DNA of 64,000 nt, from positions 145,142 to 209,141 of the forward strand of contig CAWDIK010000023.1 of NCBI GenBank assembly GCA_963802345.1, written 5' to 3'. The notes below the pieces were generated by a model. That model was not told the DNA's origin and did no database searches. It worked only from the letters and a program-made list of their open reading frames with translations. A program made the translations under genes and the position numbers. Within the stretch, counting starts at the first letter, position 1. Every line of letters starts with the position of its first letter. Positions 32,767 to 44,403 of this stretch are shown here, piece after piece. The DNA comes from Vicinamibacterales bacterium (GTDB lineage Bacteria; Acidobacteriota; Vicinamibacteria; Vicinamibacterales; JAMQPK01).

Positions 32767-34474
32767 CTTTGCCACCCCCGGCGCGCCAATCATCCTGTTG
32801 GTCAGCAGTTGCTGGCCGATCACGAGCACGTTGCTCGCGAACCAATACAAGGCCAGGCCCGCCGGCGACGTGATGAACAGGAACGTGAAGATGATGGGCA
32901 TGAACAGCATCATCTTCTGCTGGACCGGATCGGCGCCGGTCATCGGCATCATTTTCTGCTGCAGCACCTGCGACGCGCCCATCAGGATTGGCGTCACGTA
33001 GAACGGATCGGGCGCTGCCAGGTCGTGGATCCACCAGATGAATGGCGCGTTGCGCAGCTCGATGGCTTCGGACAGCAGGCTGTAGAACGCCAGCAGCACC
33101 GGGAAGGTGAGGAGCATCGGGACGCAGCCGCTGGCGGGGTTGACCCCCTTCTGGCGGTAGAGCTCCATCATCTCCGTGTTCATCTTCTGCCGTGCCGGAT
33201 CGGTCGCCTTCAGGTGCTTGTACCGATCCTGGATGGCCTTCACCTGCGGCTGAATTGCCTGCATCTTGCGCATCGACACGTTGCTCTTGTGCCGAAGAGG
33301 AAACATCGCCGCGTTGATGATGACCGTCAGCGCGATGATCGACCAGCCGTAGTTCCCGATGAATCCATGCACCCAGTTCAGCGCGGACAACAAGGGAACG
33401 CTGAGAAACGCGAACATGCCGAACCAGATGGCGCGCACCAGATCGGGATCGGTCTGCTTCAGCGTGTCGAAGTGTTTCGGCCCGACATAGAAACGCGCGT
33501 TTGCCGGCCCCGCTGGAGATGACTGGAATCTGATGTCGTAGCCGACGTAGGCGCGCGAAACCGACGCCTCCGCGGTCTTGGACGGAACTGAGAGCGGATA
33601 GTACACAAGCTCGGCGGTGCCCGGCTTCACGGCGGTGGAGATGAAATAGTGCGTGTCGACGCCGGCGAACTCGTAGCTTCCCTGATGGCGGGGCGTCGTC
33701 GCCAGCGCGGCGGCCTGTATCCGTTCCACTTTGCCGCCGACCGAAAGAATCGCTTCCGACATGCGCGTGGGCATGAACATGCTGCCGCCGCCGGTCGCAA
33801 GCACGTCGCCAAGCCCAGGTCCCCACTGCACGAATGGATTCAGCGCCCGATCGCCGTCGCTGACATTCGCGCTGACGGTCACTTCGTAGGACTGCGGCTT
33901 CAGCGTGAACTGTTTGCGCGCGCGGAGGCCGGCCGCGTCCTCGTACTCGAAGGTGAGCGTGACGGGCGCGGTTCTCGCGTCCAGATTGTGACGCAGACGA
34001 GTCGGCAGGTGCGGTGCCGCTGGTCGCTAGTGAACAGCGCCGTGTTCAGGCGCGAGGTCTTCACCGCATCGTCAATCCGCAACGAGAACGGCTTTGGCTG
34101 ATCCGCCGGCACGTCGTGGGGGACGAGATCGACGGGGCGGCCGTCCGGGCCCGCATAGCGCAAGAAGCTCCCATGCGGCGAGAGTGGCGCCGCGGTTTGA
34201 AAACACCGCGCGCACGACGCCGTTGTCGACGGTCACTGTCCGCTCTGCCGTATCCGCGCGGACCGCTTCCACCGCGGGAGTCGGTGCGGGTGCGGCGGCT
34301 CGCGCTCGGAGGTGGTGACGCAGGTGCGGTGGTTGCCGCCGGTTTCGCGGCCGGTGGCGCTCCAGGCGCAGCCGTTGACCCCGGCGCGACCGGCTGGACC
34401 GTCGGAACCAGCCACTGATAGGCGGTGAGGACGACGAACGTAAGAACTATGGCGAGGAGAAGGCGGCGTTCCAT
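32749..34474 (-). CDS. yidC: Membrane protein insertase YidC; at least three frameshifts (~34300, ~34165, ~34015) as assembled
   Basis: MERRLLLAIVLTFVVLTAYQWL... | AVEAVRADTAERTVTVDNGVVRAVFSNRGATLAAWEL | LRYAGPDGRPVDLVP...FSLRIDD... | ...TLTFEYEDAAG...WGPGLGD...FGMFAFLS...GWSIIALTVII...MRKMQAIQP...GVNPASGCVPMLLTFPVL... Confidence 0.88.
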
Positions 34475-34477
34475 CTG

Positions 34478-34708
34478 CTAAGGGACCAGATCCAGACCCG
34501 CGCCGCCGAGAGGGTGGCAACGGAGCACGCGCTTGAGGCCTAACCATCCGCCTCTGAGCGCGCCGTAAGTGACAATCGCTTCGGCCGCATACTCCGAGCA
34601 CGTCGGCAGATACCGACATGAGCCAGTAAGTAGCGGTCGAATAAGGATTTGATAGCCGCGAATTGCCGCAAGTGCGATGCGGACAGAGACAGGGCTAGCG
34701 CTTCTCAA
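34478..34708 (-). CDS. yidD: Membrane protein insertion efficiency factor YidD
   Basis: [66 protein letters not shown]. The start is uncertain: TTG at 34708 is proposed and the ORF is open to 34786. Confidence 0.75.
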   Translation of the reverse strand: MRSASPVSVRIALAAIRGYQILIRPLLTGSCRYLPTCSEYAAEAIVTYGALRGGWLGLKRVLRCHPLGGAGLDLVP

Positions 34709-35009
34709 AGCGCTCGAGTGCGGCACGGTAGTCGGCTTCAATGTTCCGCCAGGGCGCATCGACCATCTCCCGGCGAGGAATGACAACGATGTCCAGTCCT
34801 GTTAATGGTTTGCGGCCTCTAAACAACTCGCGAACCAACCGTTTCGCCCTGTTCCGGACGACCGCGTTACCAATTTTCTGGCTGGCCGCGATGCCGAGGC
34901 GGGGCGATCCGACCTCGTTTGGCAGGGCGAAGCAGGTCATCAGGCGGCCCCGATAGCGGGTACCGTGGTCGTAAACTCTGGTGAACTCCGCCCGACGGCG
35001 CAGTTTCAC
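34695..35009 (-). CDS. rnpA: Ribonuclease P protein component
   Basis: [15 protein letters not shown]...[27 protein letters not shown]...DIVVIPR. The GTG start overlaps the rpmH stop (GTGA). Confidence 0.85.
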   Translation of the reverse strand: MKLRRRAEFTRVYDHGTRYRGRLMTCFALPNEVGSPRLGIAASQKIGNAVVRNRAKRLVRELFRGRKPLTGLDIVVIPRREMVDAPWRNIEADYRAALERFEKR

Positions 35010-35152
35010 CGCGATGACGAAACAGTCAGCCGCTTGCGGCCCTTCGCGCGACGGCGCTTCAACACAATGCGCCCGTTCTTGGTCCCCATACGAACGAGAA
35101 ACCCATGAGTGCGGCGCCGATGGCGCCGATTCGGTTGATACGTACGTTTCAT
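35006..35152 (-). CDS. rpmH: 50S ribosomal protein L34
   Basis: Hand translation gives [56 protein letters not shown]. It is below the 60-aa cut-off of the ORF track. Confidence 0.92.
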   Translation of the reverse strand: MKRTYQPNRRHRRRTHGFLVRMGTKNGRIVLKRRRAKGRKRLTVSSSR

Positions 35153-35319
35153 CGAAAATCCTTAGGAAATTGAAAAATTTCGCAACGCGCGAACCTACAA
35201 TCCTAATGGGCGGCGCACCAGCCTGTCAACGAACGCCCGCGTATGCTACATTCGCGCTTCCCGTTAGCGACCCGTGAGCGCCGTGGGCAATGCGTATGGT
35301 ATTTGGTCTCCTCCCAAAG

Positions 35320-35351
35320 TTTTCCACACCTGTGCAAAAACCTGTGGAAAT
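35320..35351. promoter_or_regulatory. Cluster of three DnaA-box-like 9-mers upstream of dnaA
   Basis: TTTTCCACA (35320-35328), TGTGCAAAA (35331-35339) and TGTGGAAAT (35343-35351). Each has one to two mismatches to TTATCCACA or its complement. Confidence 0.55.
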
Positions 35352-35513
35352 TGGTGTTCTTCTACGTACGGAACCAAAAAAACTCCATCTTTATGGACTT
35401 TTTCTGAAGGCGAAAGTCCGCCGAGCACGATTTGAAGCCACTTTTGACGTTCCACTAATGCTCCGGACGTCGTTCGCCGTCCGGCGGTAAAGGCGAAAGC
35501 GCAAGAATCGCCC

Positions 35514-36911
35514 ATGATCGCCAGCAATATCTGGGAAGAAATCCTCTCTCGCGTTCAGGCCAAAGTGAACCGCCACAGCTTCTATACGTGGTTCAAGCCC
35601 ACGGCGTTCGTCGCCGATGACGGTTCAACGGTGACCGTGCGCGTGCCGAATGCGCTGTTCAAGGATTGGATTACAAAGCATTACTCGGGCGTCATCGCCG
35701 AGGCGCTTCACGAAATCCACCGCGCTGAAGCGCTCGTCCATTTCGTGGCGAGCGGAACGCCAGAGGCCGAGGCGCCAGTTTCACCCCTCCCGCAGCCGGT
35801 TGCACACGTCATCACGAGTGCGGAGCCTGGAATCCGGCAATCGGACGCGTCCACATTCTCGGAAGATACCCTTCCTCCAGTGATGCCGACATCGTCGGCC
35901 GGGCTGAACCCCCGTTACACGTTCGACACGTTTATCGTTGGATCGTCGAATCAGTTCGCCCACGCCGCGTGCCGGGCCGTCGCAGAAGCGCCGTCGCGTT
36001 CATACAATCCGCTGTTTATTTACGGGGGAGTGGGGCTCGGCAAAACGCACTTGATGCATGCGATTGGGCACTACGTACTGCTCCACGACCGCAACCTGGT
36101 GCTCACCTACATCTCGTCAGAGCGATTCATGAACGAGATGATCAACGCGGTCCGCTACGACCGGCTCATCGATTTCCGTGAGCGTTACCGGAGCGTCGAT
36201 GTGCTTCTGGTCGACGATGTGCAGTTTCTCGCAGGAAAAGAGGGCACGCAGAACGAGTTTTTTCACACGTTCAACGCTCTGTACGACTCTCAGAAGCAAA
36301 TCGTGTTGAGCAGTGATTGTCCCCCCCACGAAATCGAGCAACTCGAAGAGCGGCTGCGATCGCGGTTCGAGTGGGGGTTGATCGCCGACATTCAATCGCC
36401 GGATCTCGAGACAAAGGTCGCGATTCTCAAAAAGAAGGCCGAGGCAGAGGCCGTTCCGCTGCCCGACTCGGTAGCGATTTACATAGCCGGCCGCATCAAA
36501 TCGAACATCCGCGAACTGGAAGGATCCCTCATCCGCCTTATCGCGTACGCGTCGCTGACGGGACGCGAGTTGTCGGTCGACCTGGCACAGGAAGTACTAC
36601 GCAACGTGAAGGACCACGAGGAAAAGGCCGTCACGATCGACCACATCCAGAAATTCGTCTCGGAGTACTACCAGTTGAAGCTGGCGGATTTGAAGTCGCG
36701 CAATAACTCGAAGTCGATCGCGATGCCGCGGCAGGTCGCCATGTATCTGTGCAAGAACCTCACGCACGCGTCGCTGCCCGAAATCGGACGCAGCTTTGGC
36801 GGCAAGCATCATTCGACCGTGATTCACTCGATTCGTAAAGTGGAAACCCTGCGCAAGGCAGACGGACAATTCAACACACTTCTCAACAGCTTCATCGAGA
36901 GTTTGCGGTGA
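35514..36911 (+). CDS. dnaA: Chromosomal replication initiator protein DnaA
   Basis: NPRYTFDTFIVGSSNQFAHAA..., Walker A GGVGLGKTHLMHAIG, LLVDDVQFLAGKEGTQNEFFHTFN, and domain IV ...SIAMPRQVAMYLCKNLT..SLPEIGRSFGGKHHSTVIHS. Confidence 0.97.
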   Translation: MIASNIWEEILSRVQAKVNRHSFYTWFKPTAFVADDGSTVTVRVPNALFKDWITKHYSGVIAEALHEIHRAEALVHFVASGTPEAEAPVSPLPQPVAHVITSAEPGIRQSDASTFSEDTLPPVMPTSSAGLNPRYTFDTFIVGSSNQFAHAACRAVAEAPSRSYNPLFIYGGVGLGKTHLMHAIGHYVLLHDRNLVLTYISSERFMNEMINAVRYDRLIDFRERYRSVDVLLVDDVQFLAGKEGTQNEFFHTFNALYDSQKQIVLSSDCPPHEIEQLEERLRSRFEWGLIADIQSPDLETKVAILKKKAEAEAVPLPDSVAIYIAGRIKSNIRELEGSLIRLIAYASLTGRELSVDLAQEVLRNVKDHEEKAVTIDHIQKFVSEYYQLKLADLKSRNNSKSIAMPRQVAMYLCKNLTHASLPEIGRSFGGKHHSTVIHSIRKVETLRKADGQFNTLLNSFIESLR

Positions 36912-37189
36912 GAAATTGCGATTTCCACAACTCGCGCGACCGACGGGTGCACAGGGGTGTGTAAGGGCTTTTTTTAGGGCGGAAGCCTGCCCCTCTGATC
37001 AGCGCCTGGACCGACCGGTTATCCACAGAAAAACCCACAGTTTAAGTACCTGTAAAGACAAGCACTTCCGGCCAGAGTTTGACTTCCCAACACCACCTTT
37101 TTCTTGTATAATTCTTTATCTCTCTTTTTCCTCCTTCACTACAAGAGATCGCCGGGCCAGAGCCGCCCAAAATTGAGGTTCAGCCAGCT
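36912..37189. other. Candidate oriC segment (dnaA-dnaN spacer with DnaA boxes and an AT-rich stretch)
   Basis: Perfect TTATCCACA at 37019-37027 and ATTTCCACA at 36921-36929. AT-rich run CACCTTTTTCTTGTATAATTCTTTATCTCTCTTTTTCCTCC at ~37093-37135. The gene-orientation switch is at rpmH/dnaA. Confidence 0.45.
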
Positions 37190-38305
37190 ATGGAATTAGT
37201 CGTTAAGAAAAACGACCTACTGCGAGAACTGCAACTTTTTCAGGGAATCGTCGAGCGGAAGAACACGATTCCTATTCTCGCGAACGTCCTCATGGAGGCG
37301 AAAGGCAGCGAGATTCGGATGCTGGCGACCGATCTCGAAGTGGCGCTGCGCAGCAGGTGCGAGGCTGCCGTAGATAAAGCCGGCACGCTGACGATGCCGG
37401 CGAAGAAACTCTACGAGATCGTGAAGGCGCTTCCGGAAACAGACGTGCGTATCGCGGAAGACAAGAACGGCGTCAAAGTTGCCGCCGACCGGTTTGATTC
37501 GCGCATGCAGACGCTGCCGCGCGAGGACTTTCCGGCAGTGCCCGAGGCGAGCGGCACGACGAGCGCCATGCTGCCGCGAACGGCCGTCAAGGAGATGGTC
37601 GCGAAAACACAGTTTGCGATCACGGGCGAGGACACCAGGTTTTTCCTGAACGGCGCGCTGTTCATTCTCGGCGGAAGCCAGATGAGCCTTGTCGCCACCG
37701 ACGGGCACCGACTGGCCCTCGTGACCGTGGATCGGAAAGGCGGCAAGCCCTCGAAGGAAGGGGAAGAAGTCAGGGCCATTCTTCCAAGAAAGACGCTGTG
37801 GGAGCTTGGAAAACTGCTCACCGAAGGCGACGAGGATATTCGCTACGAGCGGGGTGAGAACCACCTGTTCTTCGACGTCGGCGGTCGCACGCTGATCTCC
37901 AGGATGATCGACGGGCAGTTTCCAGCGTTCGAGCGCGTCATTCCGAAGGGCAACAACAAGCGCATCGAGTTCGAGCGTGAGCGGCTGACGAACGCGGTCA
38001 AGCGCGTGGCGCTGCTTTCGAACGAACGATCGCGGTCCGTGAAGTTCCAGCTGGACAAAGGCAAAGTCGAGGTCACCTCGAGCAGTCCGGAGTTCGGCGA
38101 AGCGAAGGAAACGCTGCCTGTGGATTATTCCGACGGCAGCATGCAGATCTGTTTCAACGCCCAGTATGTGATGGAGTTTCTCGGCGCCGTCGACACCGAT
38201 CAGGTGGCTCTCGAGCTGAAAGACGAAGTGAGCCAGGCCGTCATGAAACCGATCGGCACGCAAGGCTACGACTATACGTACGTGATCATGCCCATGAGGG
38301 TCTGA
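37190..38305 (+). CDS. dnaN: DNA polymerase III subunit beta (sliding clamp)
   Basis: 371 aa; MELVVKKNDLLRELQLFQGIVERKNTIPILANVLMEA...TDLEV...ATDGHRLA...MPMRV. Confidence 0.95.
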   Translation: MELVVKKNDLLRELQLFQGIVERKNTIPILANVLMEAKGSEIRMLATDLEVALRSRCEAAVDKAGTLTMPAKKLYEIVKALPETDVRIAEDKNGVKVAADRFDSRMQTLPREDFPAVPEASGTTSAMLPRTAVKEMVAKTQFAITGEDTRFFLNGALFILGGSQMSLVATDGHRLALVTVDRKGGKPSKEGEEVRAILPRKTLWELGKLLTEGDEDIRYERGENHLFFDVGGRTLISRMIDGQFPAFERVIPKGNNKRIEFERERLTNAVKRVALLSNERSRSVKFQLDKGKVEVTSSSPEFGEAKETLPVDYSDGSMQICFNAQYVMEFLGAVDTDQVALELKDEVSQAVMKPIGTQGYDYTYVIMPMRV

Positions 38306-38310
38306 CGAAG

Positions 38311-40932
<2,622 letters not shown>

Positions 40933-40942
40933 TTTCTTGCTG

Positions 40943-41025
40943 CCCACCGCAGAGACGCCACGACGCAAAGGATTCTCTTTCTAAAGAAGAATTCTCGTGG
41001 CGCCGTTGCGTCTTTGCGGTGAGAT
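40943..41025. repeat. Family A intercistronic palindromic element (copy 6) between gyrB and gyrA
   Basis: CCCACCGCAGAGACGCCACGACGCAAAGG ... CTCGTGGCGCCGTTGCGTCTTTGCGGTGAGAT. Confidence 0.7.
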
Positions 41026-41034
41026 ACGAATGAC

Positions 41035-43524
41035 ATGAGCGACACATCACAAAAAATCCCCGTCAACATCGAAGATGAAATGAAGCGCTCGTACATGGAT
41101 TACGCCATGAGCGTAATCATTGGACGAGCGCTGCCTGACGTTCGCGACGGATTGAAGCCGGCTCATCGCCGCGTGCTCTACGGCATGAAGATGATGGGCC
41201 TCGCGTCGAATCGCGGGTACCGGAAGTGCGCGAAGATCGTCGGCGAGGTGATGGGCAACTATCACCCGCACGGCGACGCGTCGATCTACGACACCCTCGT
41301 GCGGCTGTCGCAGGACTTCAACATGCGGTACCCGCTCGTCGACGGACAGGGCAACTTCGGATCGATCGACGGCGATCCTCCCGCGGCGATGCGGTACACC
41401 GAGGCGCGGCTCGAGGCCCTCTCCGACGACGTCATGGCCGACCTCGACAAGGAGACCGTCGACTTCGTGCCGAACTACGACGAGACGACGGAGGAGCCGT
41501 CGGTGCTTCCGGCGCACATCCCGAACCTGCTCGTCAACGGCTCGGCCGGCATTGCCGTCGGCATGGCGACCAACGTGCCTCCACATAACCTCCGCGAGGT
41601 GATTGACGGGGTCATCTGGGCGATCGAAGCAGAGCAGGAGAGCGGCGCCAAGCTCGACAAGACCGAGAAACTGCAGGGGCTGATGAACTTCATCAAGGGC
41701 CCCGATTTTCCCACCGGCGGATACGTCATCGGCCGCTCGGGCATCAGCGCGGCGTATCGCACCGGACGAGGCGCCATTCTGATGCGCGCCAGGGCGTCCA
41801 TTGAACAGGCCAGGAAGGGCGACAAGCAGTCCATCGTCATCACGGAGATCCCGTATCAGGTCAACAAGGCCCGGCTGATTGAAAAAATCGCGGAGCTCGT
41901 AGGCGAGAAAACGATCGAGGGCATTTCCGATCTCCGCGACGAGTCCGATCGCGAAGGCATGCGCGTCGTCATCGAGCTGAAGCGCGGCGAAGTGCCCGAA
42001 GTGATCTTGAACAATCTGTACAAGCACACGCAGCTGCAGCAGAGCTTCGGCGTGATCATGCTCGCCATCGTCGGTGGCCGGCCGAAGGTCATGGGCCTGG
42101 CCGAGCTGATCGACAGCTTCGTGGATTTCCGCCGCGAAGTCGTCATTCGACGGACGCAGTTCGAGCTGCGCAAGGCCGAGGCGCGCTATCACATTCTCGA
42201 AGGTCTCAAAATCGCGCTCGACAACCTCGACGCGGTCATCAAGCTCATCCGGGGATCGAAGACGGTCCCCGAGGCGCGCGAGGGCCTCATCACGCAGTTC
42301 TCACTGAGCCAGCTGCAGGCGCAGGCGATTCTCGACATGCAGCTGCAGCGGCTGACCGGGCTCGAGCGGCAGAAGATTCTCGACGAGATGGCGGAGTTGC
42401 TGAAAACGATCGAACGGCTCCGGGCGATTCTTGGCAGCGAGCGGCTGCTGATGCAGTTGATCGTCGGCGAGCTCAGGGAGGTGCGCGACAAGTACGGCGA
42501 CGATCGCCGCACCGAGCTCATGGACGGCGACGCAGGCGAGATCAGCATCGAGGATTTGATCGCCGAAGAGGACATGGCGATCACGGTGAGCAACACCGGC
42601 TACATCAAGCGCACGCCGATTACGAGCTATCGTAATCAGCGCCGCGGCGGGAAAGGGCGCATCGGGATGCGCACGCGCGAGGAGGATTTCGTCAGCCACC
42701 TGTTCGTGGCCTCGACGCACGCGTACATCATGATTTTCTCGGATCGCGGCCGCGCCTACTGGCTGAAGGTCCACGAGATTCCGGACGTCGGGCCGGGCGG
42801 CAAGGGCAAAGCGATTGCGAACCTCGTATCGATGGCACCGGACGAAAAGATCGCCGCGCTACAAACCGTGAAAGAGTTCGAAGAGGGCAAGTTCATCGCC
42901 ATGGGCACCCTGCGGGGCATCGTCAAGAAGACCGAGCTTTCGGCGTTCAGCAACCCTCGGGCAGGGGGCATCATCGCGATGGGGGTAGAGGACGGCGATC
43001 GGCTCATGGCCGCGCAGATTACCGATGGCACAGGCGAAATCTTCATTGGCACGCGGGACGGGGTTGCAATCAGGTTCCCGGAAAACGATGTCCGGCCGAT
43101 GGGGCGCACGGCCTACGGCGTAAAGGGGATTACGCTGCGCGACGGGGATGAGGTTGTCGCGATGGAGGTGGTCCGGCCCGGCAGCACGCTCCTGACGGTC
43201 ACCGAGCACGGCTACGGAAAACGGACCGAGCTGGACGAATATCGGGTGCAGTCCAGAGGCGGTGTGGGTATTATTAACATCCAAACAACCGAACGGAACG
43301 GCCGGGTCGTCGGCATGGCGTCCGTGCACGATGAGGATGAGTTCATGCTCATCACGCAGCAGGGCAAGATCCTGAGGACAGTTGCGCGCGATATCCGTAC
43401 GATCGGCCGGGCAACACAAGGAGTTCGTCTCATCGAGATCGACGCGGACGACCGGGTCGTTGCTCTGGCCCGGCTCGCCGAAAAGGACGATGAGAACGGC
43501 GCGGACGACACAGTTCCCGTCTGA
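41035..43524 (+). CDS. gyrA: DNA gyrase subunit A
   Basis: MDYAMSVIIGRALPDVRDGLKPAHRRVLY...YHPHGDASIYDTLVRLSQDF...active-site AAMRYTEARL. C-terminal beta-pinwheel repeats are present. Confidence 0.97.
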   Translation: MSDTSQKIPVNIEDEMKRSYMDYAMSVIIGRALPDVRDGLKPAHRRVLYGMKMMGLASNRGYRKCAKIVGEVMGNYHPHGDASIYDTLVRLSQDFNMRYPLVDGQGNFGSIDGDPPAAMRYTEARLEALSDDVMADLDKETVDFVPNYDETTEEPSVLPAHIPNLLVNGSAGIAVGMATNVPPHNLREVIDGVIWAIEAEQESGAKLDKTEKLQGLMNFIKGPDFPTGGYVIGRSGISAAYRTGRGAILMRARASIEQARKGDKQSIVITEIPYQVNKARLIEKIAELVGEKTIEGISDLRDESDREGMRVVIELKRGEVPEVILNNLYKHTQLQQSFGVIMLAIVGGRPKVMGLAELIDSFVDFRREVVIRRTQFELRKAEARYHILEGLKIALDNLDAVIKLIRGSKTVPEAREGLITQFSLSQLQAQAILDMQLQRLTGLERQKILDEMAELLKTIERLRAILGSERLLMQLIVGELREVRDKYGDDRRTELMDGDAGEISIEDLIAEEDMAITVSNTGYIKRTPITSYRNQRRGGKGRIGMRTREEDFVSHLFVASTHAYIMIFSDRGRAYWLKVHEIPDVGPGGKGKAIANLVSMAPDEKIAALQTVKEFEEGKFIAMGTLRGIVKKTELSAFSNPRAGGIIAMGVEDGDRLMAAQITDGTGEIFIGTRDGVAIRFPENDVRPMGRTAYGVKGITLRDGDEVVAMEVVRPGSTLLTVTEHGYGKRTELDEYRVQSRGGVGIINIQTTERNGRVVGMASVHDEDEFMLITQQGKILRTVARDIRTIGRATQGVRLIEIDADDRVVALARLAEKDDENGADDTVPV

Positions 43525-43575
43525 GGACGGGACACTACGACAGACCGCACGAGTGCGGTAAAAGAGGAGGCTGGT

Positions 43576-44301
43576 ATGTTTCGGCCGAAGACTAGCGTGT
43601 ATCTACTGGCGCCCATGGTTCTGGCGGTCGCCGCTCTGAGCGCGTGCTCGTCACAGTACGGTTCGGAAGAGAATCTGTTGCGACAGTTTTTCCGCGCGTC
43701 AGGTCTGCGCGACAGCCAGACACTCGCGAATTTTGCGACGGTCAGCTTCGACGCGAAGACCGAAGGCACGGTCTCGGACTTCGAAGTCACGGCCGTGAGC
43801 CCCGAGCGCACGGAGCCCCTCCGCGTGATCGAACTCGACAAGGCCGTCACCGAGGCCGACGCCGCGAACAAGGTGTTCAACGAAAAGAAGAAGGCCTATC
43901 AGGACGCAAACACCGAGGCCATCGATCGCGTGCTGAAAGCCGAGAGCGCCGGCCGGAAGCTGACGGGCAAGGATGCGCAGATTCAGGCCGAGTGGACGAA
44001 GTGGCGCGACGACAGCAGCGCGGAAGCGAAAAAAGTGTCGGCAGCGAGGGCGGCCCTCTCCGATTCCCGCCCGATCGCGGAGTTGAGCCTCATGGCCAAC
44101 TCCGGCTCGCCAACGCCGACGGTCGCAGAGCTCAACGGCACGCTCGTCTCGAAGGACATCTCGGTGACGGCAGAGGTGAAGGACGCCTCGGGCGCCACGA
44201 GCCCAGAAGAACTACGTGATGACAGCCCAGCGCGCCGTCGTGAAGAGCGAAAAGGCGAGCGCCAGGGCAAGTGGATCATCACGGCAATAAAACCCGCCTA
44301 G
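43576..44301 (+). CDS. Lipoprotein of unknown function; probable pair of compensating frameshifts near 44200-44255
   Basis: Lipobox VAALSAC. In 44200-44255 the annotated frame has low third-position GC (PEELRDDSPARRREER). The +1 frame (AQKNYVMTAQRAVVKSEK) has nearly all G/C at third positions. Confidence 0.6.
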   Translation: MFRPKTSVYLLAPMVLAVAALSACSSQYGSEENLLRQFFRASGLRDSQTLANFATVSFDAKTEGTVSDFEVTAVSPERTEPLRVIELDKAVTEADAANKVFNEKKKAYQDANTEAIDRVLKAESAGRKLTGKDAQIQAEWTKWRDDSSAEAKKVSAARAALSDSRPIAELSLMANSGSPTPTVAELNGTLVSKDISVTAEVKDASGATSPEELRDDSPARRREERKGERQGKWIITAIKPA

Positions 44302-44305
44302 ACGA

Positions 44306-44397
44306 TCAGGGATTAGGGACTTAGGGATCGGGGACTGAGCTGCGACGTGTGTCACGCGTCCAGGCCTAATCCCAAATCCCCAACCCCGAATCCCTGA
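44306..44397. repeat. GGGATT/GGGGA-word palindromic element with conserved core (family E copy 1), between convergent genes
   Basis: TCAGGGATTAGGGACTTAGGGATCGGGGA - core CTGAGCTGCGACGTGTGTCACGCGTCCAGGCC - TAATCCCAAATCCCCAACCCCGAATCCCTGA. Confidence 0.65.
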
Positions 44398-44403
44398 CGA
44401 GTA

